DNA from: Verrucomicrobiales bacterium
GTDB taxonomy: Bacteria; Verrucomicrobiota; Verrucomicrobiia; Verrucomicrobiales; V1-33
DNA: 64,000 nucleotides
Direction: 5' to 3'
Assembly (NCBI GenBank): GCA_050998515.1
Contig: JBPCQC010000008.1
Span: 7,601-71,600, forward strand
Under the pieces are notes generated by a model. That model did not search any database. It was not told the DNA's origin and saw only the letters and a list, made by a program, of their open reading frames with translations. Each line of letters begins with the position of its first letter. Position 1 is the first letter of the stretch. This document shows positions 21,544 through 31,822 of this stretch, piece after piece. Position numbers and translations under genes: made by a program.

Positions 21544-22164
21544 TTACTGGGTCGGCGGCTGTTGTGCCGTGTTGCTGGCAACTTTGCCACTTCCCCACGA
21601 GAGCACATTATCTTCCCACGTAGCGCCATCCTTATCTGGACCTGCAGAGTAGATGAGGACTTTTTGATAGAGTTTGGGACTGCCCGAGGCGGGATTGGGA
21701 TTGTCAATCTGCCCATTGTAATCCGAGTCCATGATCACGTAATATTCTTCACCCCAAGGATCCACCACCGTGGACAGATCACCGGCGGATTTCAGACCGT
21801 TCTTCCCGGTTTCTGTCGCATCCTTCAACTCGGGCAAAAACTGGATTTTCTTTGGATTCATCATTAGATCGGTTCCCAGAAGCGCACCGATCAGCACTTC
21901 ATCAGTGCGCAGGGCCGTCACCTCGCTACCCGGCGCGTCCGCCGGCAGGGGAAACCGGTTGTATTCGGCATAGTACTGGCTGATCGAGTTAACCAGCGAC
22001 TTCGCTGTGGTCTCCGCCTGCATGCGCGTCATCTTTTTCAGGATACTTTGGTATGCTGGAATCGAAATACCGGCCAACACTGCGATGATCGTGATCACCA
22101 CCAGCAGCTCCACCAAAGTGAACCCGCGACGGCTTGGCGAAAAATCGAGGCGCGACGTTTTCAT
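21544..22164 (-). CDS. Prepilin-type N-terminal cleavage/methylation protein (GspG-like pseudopilin)
   Basis: RRGFTLVELLVVITIIAVLAG; DPWGEEY; IYSAGPD. Confidence 0.9.
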   Translation of the reverse strand: MKTSRLDFSPSRRGFTLVELLVVITIIAVLAGISIPAYQSILKKMTRMQAETTAKSLVNSISQYYAEYNRFPLPADAPGSEVTALRTDEVLIGALLGTDLMMNPKKIQFLPELKDATETGKNGLKSAGDLSTVVDPWGEEYYVIMDSDYNGQIDNPNPASGSPKLYQKVLIYSAGPDKDGATWEDNVLSWGSGKVASNTAQQPPTQ

Positions 22165-22320
22165 AAATGAGAAGAGTTGAGAGTTCGAACAGAATCGCTG
22201 TGGAGCGCAGACCGGGAAACTTTGCAATTCCCAAAGCTAGCTTAAGAGAATCCCCTAACGACGCAAGCGCTTTATGGCCTTATTTTGTAGATACATGGTG
22301 AGTTGGGACGGCTGGCGGCC

Positions 22321-22705
22321 TTACCCTTCGGCCAACGACTCGGGCAAAAACTGAATGCGTTTCGGGTTCAATGACAAATCCATGCCGGACAACGCCGCGA
22401 TCAGCTTTTCGTCGCTTCGCAAGACAGATGAGGTGTCTGCCACGGGCCACCGATTGTACGCGGCATAGTACTGCTTGATTGAGTTTTCGAGGGCCTTGCT
22501 GACCGTCTCGGCCTGACGCCTGGTCATATTCTCCCGCGTCATTAAACCCGGCAACAAAAACGGAAAAAGCAGAAAAAGCGCCAGTAGAAGTAACGTGACA
22601 ACCAACGGCCCGTTTCGCCCATTTTCTTCCGCGCGAGATTGGCGTGGGAATCGGATCGCTCGCAGTTGGATCGGAACGCGAGTCACCAGGCGCAGGAGAA
22701 CTCAT
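22321..22705 (-). pseudogene. Partial, probably frameshifted paralogue of the adjacent pilin-like gene
   Basis: MTRRQAETVSKALENSIKQYYAAYNRWP...NPKRIQFLPE aligns with the neighbour's MTRMQAETTAKSLVNSISQYYAEYNRFP...NPKKIQFLPE; lacks GFTLVE and the C-terminal third. Confidence 0.6.
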
Positions 22706-22824
22706 CGATATAGCGTAAGCCAACTCCAAATTTCCCAGGCTCAAAAACGGCGAGGCCATCTTCGGAAGGATTTCTCGGTGTTTCGATTTGCGACCGAGCG
22801 GCGCGCGCGTTCTAATCGGGGCAG

Positions 22825-23700
22825 ATGAACAGCATGACTGGATTCGGGCGCGGAGAATTGGTGAGCGGAGGCTGGCGCTACGGCGTCGAGATGTCGTCGG
22901 TCAATCGCAAGCAAAGCGAGATCGTCATCAATTTGCCCCGGGTGTGGCAGGAACTCGAGGGGAAACTCCGGCAGCTCATTGCGGAAAGGATTTCCCGCGG
23001 CCGAGTGCAGGTGAGCGTGACGGTCGAACGGGCTGGCGGCTCGGCTGCGAGCGTGCGGTTCGATGCCGAGCTGGCGCGCGGCTACCTTGCGGCCCTGAAA
23101 AAAATCGAACGATTGCTCAAGCGGCCGGTCGACATCGAGGCCACCGACTTGCTGCGCGCGCCCGGGGTTTTTGCGGTCGAGGAGATCGAACTGGGCGCGC
23201 CGGATGTGTGGCCGCAAGTGGAACGGACGGCCCGAAAGGCGCTCGAGGTGCTTTCGAAGGCGCGCCGGGTTGAAGGCGCTGCCCTTAAAGCGGACCTCCA
23301 ACACAGGCTGGACGCGCTGGCGGGCATTCGTGCGCGTATCGAAAAGCTCGCCGCCGGTCTGGTCAGCCGTTATCGCGAGACACTCCATCGGCGGCTGATC
23401 GATGCCGGTCTTACTCTCGCCCTCGAGGACGACCGTCTGCTCAAAGAGGTGGCGCTTTTTGCCGAGCGTTGCGACATCAGCGAAGAGCTCTCCCGTTTTG
23501 CCAGCCACCTCGGGCAATTTGGTCTCGCTCTTAAGAGCCACGAAGCCGCGGGCCGCACGCTGGATTTTCTCTGCCAGGAACTGCATCGCGAGATGAACAC
23601 CATTGGCTCGAAGGCCAACGATGCGGCTATTTCGCATCTCGTGGTGGCAGCAAAAACCGAGGTGGAAAAACTGCGCGAGCAGGTGCAGAACGTGGAATGA
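22825..23700 (+). CDS. yicC: YicC/YloC family endoribonuclease
   Basis: MNSMTGFGR, SVNRK, DISEE, GRTLDFLCQELHREMNTIGSKAND, REQVQNVE. Confidence 0.93.
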   Translation: MNSMTGFGRGELVSGGWRYGVEMSSVNRKQSEIVINLPRVWQELEGKLRQLIAERISRGRVQVSVTVERAGGSAASVRFDAELARGYLAALKKIERLLKRPVDIEATDLLRAPGVFAVEEIELGAPDVWPQVERTARKALEVLSKARRVEGAALKADLQHRLDALAGIRARIEKLAAGLVSRYRETLHRRLIDAGLTLALEDDRLLKEVALFAERCDISEELSRFASHLGQFGLALKSHEAAGRTLDFLCQELHREMNTIGSKANDAAISHLVVAAKTEVEKLREQVQNVE

Positions 23701-24311
23701 GTCCTTCGCGCACCGGCCTGCTGTGTGTGGTTTCCGGTCCTTCAGGCAGCGGGAAAACCACTCTATGCCGAGCGCTGAGCGCCGCGGAAGGTTGTTATTA
23801 CACCGTTTCTGCGACCACGCGGCCCGCCCGCCCGGGCGAAGTGGATGGCAGCGATTATCATTTTTTGTCCGATGAGGAATTCCGCCGACGCCTCGAGGCG
23901 GGTGAGTTCCTTGAATCCGCGAATGTGTATGGCCGGCTCTATGGGACCTTGAAAAGTGAAGCGCTCCCGCAAATCGCCCGCGGCCGCGAAGTCATTATGG
24001 ATCTCGACACTCAAGGGGCCGCGAGTCTGCGCATGGTCGATCATCCACTGGTGCGGGCTGCGCACTTCGATGTATTTCTCTTGCCGCCAACCTTGCAGGA
24101 ATTGCGCCGGCGTCTCGCCGGCCGTCACTCGGATGCGCCACAGATCCAGGCAAACCGCCTGGCCAGCGCACTGAGCGAAGTTTCACATTGGCGGGAATAT
24201 GCCTACACCCTCATCAGCGGCACACGCGAAGATGACCTCGCGCGGTTTCGCACCCTGCTCGCCGCCGAACGCATGCGTTCGAGCCGGCTGGCCAATGTGG
24301 ACGGATTCTAA
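23697..24311 (+). CDS. gmk: Guanylate kinase
   Basis: SGPSGSGKTT, SATTRPARPGEVDGSDYHF, YGT; ATGA overlap with yicC. Confidence 0.95.
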   Translation: MSPSRTGLLCVVSGPSGSGKTTLCRALSAAEGCYYTVSATTRPARPGEVDGSDYHFLSDEEFRRRLEAGEFLESANVYGRLYGTLKSEALPQIARGREVIMDLDTQGAASLRMVDHPLVRAAHFDVFLLPPTLQELRRRLAGRHSDAPQIQANRLASALSEVSHWREYAYTLISGTREDDLARFRTLLAAERMRSSRLANVDGF

Positions 24312-25088
24312 CTAAGTTTGAGCAGGAGCGACAGGAGCAGGCTTCAATTCAGCGGGACCGGCCCCAAGATTGCGTGTCTCGACCCAGCGCACCGAATAGC
24401 GAACGAGGGCCGCTCCGTTTGGCAGGCCGAGCTTTTCCCGAATGCGGGCGCGATGGACCTCGACGGTTTTCGGACTGATGCCGAGACGTTCGGCAATTTC
24501 GTTGGTTCCGAGCCCTGCCCCGAGGTGTTCGAAAACTTCGAATTCGCGGTCGCTTAATTTCGCCACGGCGCCCCCGGCTTCGGAACGTGCGGCGGCCTTG
24601 CCCGCGAAGGAAGCGAAAATCTCGCCGGCCATGCGATCGCTGACATAGAATCCACCAGCCAGCACCCGACGGATCGCTGTAAGAATGGTGTTACGTTCGG
24701 CGTCCTTCATGAGGTAACCTTTCGCTCCGGCCTTCAAGGCGCGTTCCGCGTAAAGGGTTTCGTCGTGCATGGACACAACCAGGATCGGCAGTTGGGGCTG
24801 TTGGGCAATGAGGTCCTTGATAAGTTCAAGGCCATTACGGCCCGGCAGAGTGATGTCGATCAATGCGAGATCGGGTTTGGTTTCGAGGATGCCCGACAAG
24901 CCTCCACCCGCATCCCCGGCCTGTGCAACCACCTTCATGTCCGGCTGGCTATTAATCAGTTGAGCCATGCCCTCACGCATCAAGGTGTGATCTTCCACGA
25001 TGGCCACGCGGATGGTTTTTTTTGGATCGGCCGATGTCGCCACCGGGGCTTCATCGTCGGGAGGAGCGGCATTTTTCGTCTTTTTCAT
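24312..25088 (-). CDS. NarL/LuxR-family DNA-binding response regulator
   Basis: REC domain (VEDH, DITLPG, SMHDE, GYLMK) plus LuxR HTH (LSDREFEV, ISPKTVEVHR). Confidence 0.93.
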   Translation of the reverse strand: MKKTKNAAPPDDEAPVATSADPKKTIRVAIVEDHTLMREGMAQLINSQPDMKVVAQAGDAGGGLSGILETKPDLALIDITLPGRNGLELIKDLIAQQPQLPILVVSMHDETLYAERALKAGAKGYLMKDAERNTILTAIRRVLAGGFYVSDRMAGEIFASFAGKAAARSEAGGAVAKLSDREFEVFEHLGAGLGTNEIAERLGISPKTVEVHRARIREKLGLPNGAALVRYSVRWVETRNLGAGPAELKPAPVAPAQT

Positions 25089-26176
25089 TTGAGCGGCAAG
25101 GTGAGATGGACGGCTGAGGTGCCTCCATCGGGAGGATTGTGAAGAAAATACATGGTGGCGCCAATGCTTTCGGCACGATGTTTCATGAGAGGCAGACCCA
25201 CACCAGTTTGAGGTGGATGCGTCGGGAACGGGTCGCCGTCGTTGGTGATCGTCAGCACGACTGCGGCCGGCGTCGCGTCCATGGCCAGACTGACGGCTGT
25301 GGCGCGAGCGTGTTTCACGGCATTGGCAATTCCCTCCTGCGCGATCCGATAGATCTGCGTGGCGACATGATGATTAAGGCCGGGACACCCCCCTTTGTGG
25401 TGGAAGTCACAAGTGATCTGAAAAACTTCCTCGGCATTGCGTGCCAGACCGCTTAGTGCCGCCGGCAGCGCTTCGTGCCCGATGTCGACGGGGGATAGTC
25501 CACGCGCCAGGGACCGAGCGGCTCGCGTGGCCTCGGATAAATGTCGAGCGATGACAGTGGCTAGCCTGGAATGCTCGGGATCAGACCGTGAGAGCCCTTC
25601 ACTTAAGTGCTGAAGCTGCATCTTGATCGCAGCCAGACGCTGGCAGAGATCGTCGTGCAAATCCTGTCCGATGCGCCGTTGTTCCCGCTCGGAGACCTCC
25701 AGAATTTCAGTTTGCATGCGTTTTCTTTGCTCCTCGACCTCGATTTCCTCGAGAACCCGCGTGACCACGTGCGGCACGAGCTGCACGAGCTGCGTGTCCT
25801 TGAGCAGGACGTCGCGCGCTCCACGGCGGAAATAGTCGACTGCGGCACGGGCATCGTTCACGCCGCTCAAGACAACATAGGGCACTCTCCGCCCGATCCT
25901 CTCGACCCCGGTGAGCACCTCAGCGCCCCCGCGGTCGGGCAGATCAACATCGAGCAAGAGCAACGTTGGCAAACCCTGATCCAACGACTCGAGGGTGTCA
26001 GCGGCATTCGAGGTGCAAGCAACCTCGAAGCCGGCACTCGACAACGCATTTTTGATCAAGAGGCAGGTTTCCGGATCACTCTCGGCGAGAAGTATGTTCG
26101 AGCACGCGATTGCCCCAGGGGCGCGCCGCCTGGCCCAGCCCGACGCTTCCGTCCTCAGTGGAGGGTGCTCGATCAT
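25085..26176 (-). CDS. Cytoplasmic hybrid histidine kinase (REC-HisKA_3-HATPase)
   Basis: REC LLLDVDLPD; EQRRIGQDLHDDLCQ H-box; QEGIANAVKHA N-box; GVGL; no TM helix. Confidence 0.88.
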   Translation of the reverse strand: MIEHPPLRTEASGWARRRAPGAIACSNILLAESDPETCLLIKNALSSAGFEVACTSNAADTLESLDQGLPTLLLLDVDLPDRGGAEVLTGVERIGRRVPYVVLSGVNDARAAVDYFRRGARDVLLKDTQLVQLVPHVVTRVLEEIEVEEQRKRMQTEILEVSEREQRRIGQDLHDDLCQRLAAIKMQLQHLSEGLSRSDPEHSRLATVIARHLSEATRAARSLARGLSPVDIGHEALPAALSGLARNAEEVFQITCDFHHKGGCPGLNHHVATQIYRIAQEGIANAVKHARATAVSLAMDATPAAVVLTITNDGDPFPTHPPQTGVGLPLMKHRAESIGATMYFLHNPPDGGTSAVHLTLPLK

Positions 26177-26197
26177 CGATTCGCCCGCACCTTGGGA

Positions 26198-26689
26198 TCA
26201 AAAACAGAGGGAGGTTTGACTGGATCTCTCTAGACAAAATGAGTCTCTGAGAAAAGCCTGCCTTTCCACGAGGGGCGAGGGCAAAACTTGGCGGCAACCG
26301 GGGCCATCGTCCGACATGACCTGCCGTACCCTATCTATGGTGGTGATCAGCGCCGTGAACGGCTGCCGAATCTCGAGGGTCCAGTTGCGATTGATTCGTT
26401 GCCAGAGCGGGCCCGGAATTATCGCAGCCGTTCCATCAACCACGAGGTGGGAGTCACTCTCGGCATCATAAAACTTCCAGCGCACAAATGGCCATGCCGC
26501 AGCACGGGTGCAAATTTCATGGTCAGGGGGAATCGGACTGAAGAAGGTTCCGTCTCCGGCAGTCGAAACAGGAGTCCCTATCCACAAATGCTCCTGCCCA
26601 TGCACGTCATAGTTGATAAGCAGACCGGATTCGACCCGATTGACTACTGCGCGTGTCTGGTGGAGCACGCCTTGGGGGATGGAGAACAT
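26198..26689 (-). CDS. Hypothetical protein
   Basis: Only sizeable ORF in the gap, co-oriented with the kinase; start uncertain; no motif recognised. Confidence 0.4.
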   Translation of the reverse strand: MFSIPQGVLHQTRAVVNRVESGLLINYDVHGQEHLWIGTPVSTAGDGTFFSPIPPDHEICTRAAAWPFVRWKFYDAESDSHLVVDGTAAIIPGPLWQRINRNWTLEIRQPFTALITTIDRVRQVMSDDGPGCRQVLPSPLVERQAFLRDSFCLERSSQTSLCF

Positions 26690-26859
26690 AAAGAAAAAAG
26701 CAGGTGAGTAAGGCCGATGCGGCGGCAAACAGATAAATATAACACCTAGAAGCAGAGCAAAGAATGACAAGCAGCGCCCAGAGTATCATCCCTTCGACAC
26801 GACGCTTATCCTCATAAGAGCCAGCTTTAGGGAGGCTAGGGAGGAGGCTTACTACGTAG

Positions 26860-29800
26860 TTACCCCTTGGTTAACACCGCATCCAGATTGAGGAGGGTAT
26901 TAGCGATGAGCATGTAAGCGGCCATCTCCGGCCAATCGATCGCTTTTGGCATCGCGTGAAGGGGATCTTCAGCGAGTTTTTTGGCCTCTGCGGGCACGGC
27001 GGAATAGTTTTTGAACTCAGAGTCGAACAGTTCGAGGAGGGTTTGCAGTTTTGCTGGACTGGGATGTTCGAGCGCGCACAGACGGTAAGCAAACGTGAGC
27101 CGCTCGTTCGGCGTTGCCCCGCCCTCAAGCACGATTCGGCGAGCGAAGGCCCTTGCCATTTCAATAAAGGCGGGATCGTTGAGTGTCACGAACGCCTGGA
27201 GCGGCGTGTTTGTGCGAATGCGGCGCAGGGTGCAGGTTTCGCGGTTTGGCGCGTCAAAGGTCATCAGGCTCGGATAAGGCACAGTGCGGCGCATAAAAAC
27301 ATAGATGCCGCGGCGGTAGCGGTCCTCACCGGTCGAGGTTGGATAACTCCGCTCGCCGTTGAATGCGGCGCGCCACAACCCGTCAGGCTGCGGCGGATAA
27401 ACACTGGGACCAAACATTTTCCGATTAAGCAATCCGGAAATCGCCAGCGCCTGATCTCGCACCATTTCCGCTTCCAGGCGGAAGCGGGGACCGCGGCTCA
27501 ACAATACATTTTGCGGGTCTTTTGCCAGGTGCTCATCGCTGACCTCACTCGACTGGCGGTAGGTCTGCGAAGATACAATCGCCTTCAGCAGCCGCTTGAC
27601 GTCCCATCCACTTTCCATAAATTCAACCGCCAGCCAATCAAGCAATTGGGGATGGCTGGGATAACTGCCCTGCGTGCCGAAATCTTCTTCGGTCTCGACG
27701 AGTCCACGCCCAAAAAGTTGGCTCCAGAAGCGGTTGACCGCTACGCGCGCGGTCAGCGGGTTTTCGCGGCTCACCAGCCATTTCGCCAGCGCCAGCCGGT
27801 TGATTTCGCCACTGGAATCCCTCTTCAGCTCATCTGTCAGCGGGTGAAATGCGGCGGGGATGCCAGGTTCGACGTTCTGAGCGGTCGAAAGATAGTTCCC
27901 TTTTACCATCAATTTGGTGACCCGGCGCTTGTCCTTGGTCAACTCCCGCATGATGGGAGTTTCTGCCGGCTTCAGCGACGCGAGTTTTTTTTCCAATTCC
28001 GCCACCTGCCTCGCGCGGCGATTGAGCTCCGGATCAAGGGTTGCGTAAAATGCGGCGACCTCGGCCGCTTCATTTTGGGACCGTGTGGCGGCGGGTTTGG
28101 CTAGAACGGGCACCAGCGCCTGTGGCAAAGCACGCAATGGCGCGGGCCGGTTCGTCACGCCGAGGCGAAACCTGCCTAACGAATGCTTCGAAAATGTTTG
28201 CGAAATCTCCACGCTCAGCCCGCAATCGCCGCCCTCGCGGCAAATCGGCTCGGCCAGTTCCAAGACCAGCGTGTGCGGCCGCCCAATGTGAGGCGCGATC
28301 GCCCATCCGCTGTCCTTCCCCATGCTTCCATCGATGGCTTTAGCCGCGCCGAATTTTTCCTGCTCGAAGCTGGCGCTGGCGACACGCAGCGGGATTTCGC
28401 GGCGGCCGTCCACGGCTACCGTGGCGCTCGGCCGCGGCCCAGCGCCCGGCTTTTGGGAAAAGAGTTCCTTCCGTTGAGCGTCGAGAATTTTCACTACGTA
28501 GCCATCGAGGCGATTCTGCAATTCGTGGTCGGTGCGATTCCATAGGGTGAGTTGTGAGATCCGGTGCTCGGCCCCGAGATCCACCTCCCACCACGGGTTG
28601 TTTTCCATGCGGGTGTGGATGGTTGAGTTGGCCGCGAAATCACCGTCGGTATTTCCGTCGTTAGCGCGTTCCGGAGTGCCGCCATAGTCTATGCTGGACT
28701 GTCGCCCCTGGCCCTGCGGGGCGATATTCTTTCCCGCTGAGAAGACCTGCACCTCAGCGATGTGCAACTGACGCCCGTCACCGGGCAACTCGAGCCGCAC
28801 GAATCTGCCCAACGGCGCCCCGCCAGCTTTCGGCCGTTCGAAGAGCTTAATTTCATTCACGACAAAGTTGCCGCTACGGTCATGGCCGGGACCACCGCCG
28901 GGAAGCCTGGCATCGGGCAGCGCCTCGATCCGCAGACCGGTGATCGCCTGCGCTGGCGCCGGCGCGTCGATCGAGTACACGTCTGATTCGACACCAGCGA
29001 CTGCCAGCCAGGAACCATCCGGCTGCAATTGAAGCGGCTGGCCGCTCTGGCTGGCGGCCGTTGCTCCTTCGAGGCCGCGCCAATGTTGGTCCTGCTCGAC
29101 CAGCGACGCTTCCCACGCATCCTGCTGTGCCAAAAACTCCGCCGACGGCTTCGCCAGCGTTTTTCTGAGCGCTTCGATTTGCATTCTCAAGGCATCGGCC
29201 CCTGCCTGCTCGTCGGGTGTTGGCGTGGGCGCGGTGGGAAATTCGTCAGGACGATCACTGTCCTGGCTCTGGTTAAAAATAGCGTAAAAGCGGTAGTACT
29301 CCTCGTTGGTGAGCGGGTCGAACTTGTGAGTGTGGCACTGCGCGCATTTCAAAGTAAGTCCCATCCAGACCTGGGCGGTTGTTTCGGCGCGATCCTTCAC
29401 CGCCACCACTCGGAATTCCTCATCGATGGTTCCGCCGAGCGTATTGGTGAGCGTGTTGCGATGAAATGCCGTGGCCAGTAATTGCTCGGACGTCGGGTCC
29501 GGCAATAAATCACCGGCGAGTTGCTCGATCGTGAAACGATCATATGGCAGGTTGCGATTGAAGGCATTGATCAGCCAGTCCCGGTAGCGCCAGATGTTCA
29601 GCCGGAGAGGATCGGAGCCATAACCGCGCGAGTCCGCATAGCGCGCCAAATCCAGCCACATTCGCGCCCAGCGCTCGCCGTATGCCGGCGAGGACAGCAG
29701 ATAGGCAATGAGATTTTCGACGTGGCGCGTCGCGCCGCCAGTCGCTCCTTCCGGATTCTGCGTTCTGGACGCCTCCCTGGCCTCCGGCGGAAGGCCGGTG

Positions 29801-30336
29801 AGATCGAGAAAGAGCCGGCGTGTGAGCGTGCGGGCATCTGCTGGTGGTGAGAGCGCGAGTCCTTCTTTGGCGAGTCGCTGGGAAATGAAGTAATCGACCG
29901 GATGGTGTCCTGTGGGAACCGGTGGCCGGACCGGTTTTTGAAACGCCCAATGACCATCGTATTTCGCACCCGCGTCGATCCATCGCCCCAGCAATTCGAT
30001 TTGTTCGGCTTTGAGGGTGTGCCCTGATTCCGGCGGCGGCATCAACTTGTCGGGATCATTCGACGACACCCGCTGCCATAGCTGGCTCTCGAGGCGTTGA
30101 CCAGGAACGACGGCGTAACCGCCTTTTTTCAGCAGCGCCGTTGCACCGTCGCTTCGATCCAGTCGCAATCCGGCTTTGCGTTCATGCTCGTCGGGCCCGT
30201 GGCAGGCAACGCAGTTGTTGAAAATGATAGGCCGAATATCGCGGTTGAAATCCGGAGCCTCAGCCCGCACCGCGCCGCTGACACCTGCCCACCAGGCGAC
30301 GCTCTTTCCCACCACACGAATGAACGCGAACTTCAC
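26860..30336 (-). CDS. PSD1/planctomycete cytochrome-c protein (PSCyt1-DUF1549-DUF1553) with an inserted F5/8-type lectin-like domain
   Basis: [63 protein letters not shown]; insert [15 protein letters not shown]...WNRTD. Confidence 0.9.
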   Translation of the reverse strand: MKFAFIRVVGKSVAWWAGVSGAVRAEAPDFNRDIRPIIFNNCVACHGPDEHERKAGLRLDRSDGATALLKKGGYAVVPGQRLESQLWQRVSSNDPDKLMPPPESGHTLKAEQIELLGRWIDAGAKYDGHWAFQKPVRPPVPTGHHPVDYFISQRLAKEGLALSPPADARTLTRRLFLDLTGLPPEAREASRTQNPEGATGGATRHVENLIAYLLSSPAYGERWARMWLDLARYADSRGYGSDPLRLNIWRYRDWLINAFNRNLPYDRFTIEQLAGDLLPDPTSEQLLATAFHRNTLTNTLGGTIDEEFRVVAVKDRAETTAQVWMGLTLKCAQCHTHKFDPLTNEEYYRFYAIFNQSQDSDRPDEFPTAPTPTPDEQAGADALRMQIEALRKTLAKPSAEFLAQQDAWEASLVEQDQHWRGLEGATAASQSGQPLQLQPDGSWLAVAGVESDVYSIDAPAPAQAITGLRIEALPDARLPGGGPGHDRSGNFVVNEIKLFERPKAGGAPLGRFVRLELPGDGRQLHIAEVQVFSAGKNIAPQGQGRQSSIDYGGTPERANDGNTDGDFAANSTIHTRMENNPWWEVDLGAEHRISQLTLWNRTDHELQNRLDGYVVKILDAQRKELFSQKPGAGPRPSATVAVDGRREIPLRVASASFEQEKFGAAKAIDGSMGKDSGWAIAPHIGRPHTLVLELAEPICREGGDCGLSVEISQTFSKHSLGRFRLGVTNRPAPLRALPQALVPVLAKPAATRSQNEAAEVAAFYATLDPELNRRARQVAELEKKLASLKPAETPIMRELTKDKRRVTKLMVKGNYLSTAQNVEPGIPAAFHPLTDELKRDSSGEINRLALAKWLVSRENPLTARVAVNRFWSQLFGRGLVETEEDFGTQGSYPSHPQLLDWLAVEFMESGWDVKRLLKAIVSSQTYRQSSEVSDEHLAKDPQNVLLSRGPRFRLEAEMVRDQALAISGLLNRKMFGPSVYPPQPDGLWRAAFNGERSYPTSTGEDRYRRGIYVFMRRTVPYPSLMTFDAPNRETCTLRRIRTNTPLQAFVTLNDPAFIEMARAFARRIVLEGGATPNERLTFAYRLCALEHPSPAKLQTLLELFDSEFKNYSAVPAEAKKLAEDPLHAMPKAIDWPEMAAYMLIANTLLNLDAVLTKG

Positions 30337-30586
30337 TTGAACCGGAAAGTTATCGGTTCACGCCGCCAGCAGCAACCGCTTTCGTTGGTTCGCCACCACG
30401 GGCGGGGGTAGGGCGCAATGACCCATCACGCCGCCTGATTCGCCGCGGACCCCTGTGATCCAAACGTCTACCTTGGGCCGGGACGACACAAAAAATTGCT
30501 TGTGGTGATCGAATTAACTTTTAATCGTCTGTTTCATCACGCTTCGCGGAAATCCTCATGGCCTGAAACTCAACACTCAATAACTT

Positions 30587-30853
30587 ATGGGCATTCTTTC
30601 ATGGATCATTTTCGGTTTGATCGCCGGGGCGCTGGCCAAATTCATTATGCCCGGCAGGGATCCGGGTGGCTGCATTGTCACCTGCATTTTGGGCATCGTG
30701 GGCGCGGTGGTTGGCGGTTGGGTGGGCACTTTGATGGGCCTCGGCAAGGCCAACCTATGGGACCTGCGCAGTTTTGGACTCGCCATCGTTGGCGCCATCG
30801 TTGTGCTGCTCATCTATCGGATGATTGCGGGAAAGAGGACCCCGCCTTCCTGA
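30587..30853 (+). CDS. GlsB/YeaQ/YmgE family (transglycosylase-associated) membrane protein
   Basis: MGILSWIIFGLIAGALAKFIMPGRDPGG...GIVGAVVGG. Confidence 0.9.
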   Translation: MGILSWIIFGLIAGALAKFIMPGRDPGGCIVTCILGIVGAVVGGWVGTLMGLGKANLWDLRSFGLAIVGAIVVLLIYRMIAGKRTPPS

Positions 30854-31014
30854 CTTTGAATAAAGCGGCGAGGTCCAAGAATCACTGATTCGGATTCGCC
30901 CAATCGCTACTGACACGCCAGCTGCTGGCGTGCGCCGAGCGCCCGCCCCACCGGCGGCAATCGTCCCCGTGGTTAGTTTTTGCACGCTCACCAGCTGCAA
31001 CGTAATTAGGGCCG

Positions 31015-31812
31015 ATGACGGACAAGCTGCAGGAGATCATTGAGCACAAGAGAGCCGAGGTGGCGCGGATTCTGCCCCTCGAGGAAAAATATCGGCATCA
31101 GGCTGCGATGCGGAATGACTTTCGCTCGCTCGAGCGGGCGCTGGATGTCGAGCCCGATTGTCTGGCGTTGATTGCTGAGGTGAAAAAAGCTTCGCCGTCG
31201 GCTGGGGTCATCGCCGGTGGTGTTGATCCGGTGAACCAGGCGCTTCTTTATGCGCAAGCGGGCGCGAGCGCGATTTCAGTGCTCACGGACGAAAGATATT
31301 TTCAAGGGCGGCTCGATTATCTGACGCGCATCCGGAGCCAGGTCCCGGTTCCGGTTTTGCGAAAGGATTTCATCATTCACGAGGTCCAAATTTACGAAGC
31401 TGTGATCGCCGGGGCTGATGCTGTTCTGCTCATCGTCGCGGCGCTCGATCAGGCGACGTTGCTAAAGCTGCTCGGATGCGCGCATGCCTACCAACTCGAC
31501 GTGCTGGTCGAGGTGCATGACGCCATCGAGCTCGACCGTGCGCTCGATACGGACGCCCGAATCATCGGCGTCAACAACCGCAATCTCAAGACCTTCGCCG
31601 TCGATCTGCACACGACCGAGCGGTTGAGTGAAGAGGTGCCAGATGACATTCTGCTGGTCAGCGAAAGTGGCATCAAGACCGCGGAAGATGCGCGCCTGGT
31701 GCATTCGTGGGGTGCCAATGCCATCCTCGTTGGCGAGACACTTATGCGGGCGGACGATGTCGATGCCACCGCCAGAGTGTTGATGAACCCGCTCGGGGCG
31801 CCGGCCTCGTAA
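31015..31812 (+). CDS. trpC: Indole-3-glycerol phosphate synthase
   Basis: IAEVKKASPS, ISVLTD, LRKDF, LVEVHD, GVNNRNL, SESGI. Confidence 0.97.
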   Translation: MTDKLQEIIEHKRAEVARILPLEEKYRHQAAMRNDFRSLERALDVEPDCLALIAEVKKASPSAGVIAGGVDPVNQALLYAQAGASAISVLTDERYFQGRLDYLTRIRSQVPVPVLRKDFIIHEVQIYEAVIAGADAVLLIVAALDQATLLKLLGCAHAYQLDVLVEVHDAIELDRALDTDARIIGVNNRNLKTFAVDLHTTERLSEEVPDDILLVSESGIKTAEDARLVHSWGANAILVGETLMRADDVDATARVLMNPLGAPAS

Positions 31813-31822
31813 GGCGGCGGCC

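Noticed and set aside
26956-28104. 382-aa plus-strand ORF
   Set aside because: Antisense shadow of the PSD1 protein.
29718-29785. Possible REP-derived insert in the PSD1 protein
   Set aside because: The palindrome is weak and the segment is only slightly longer than expected; evidence is insufficient.
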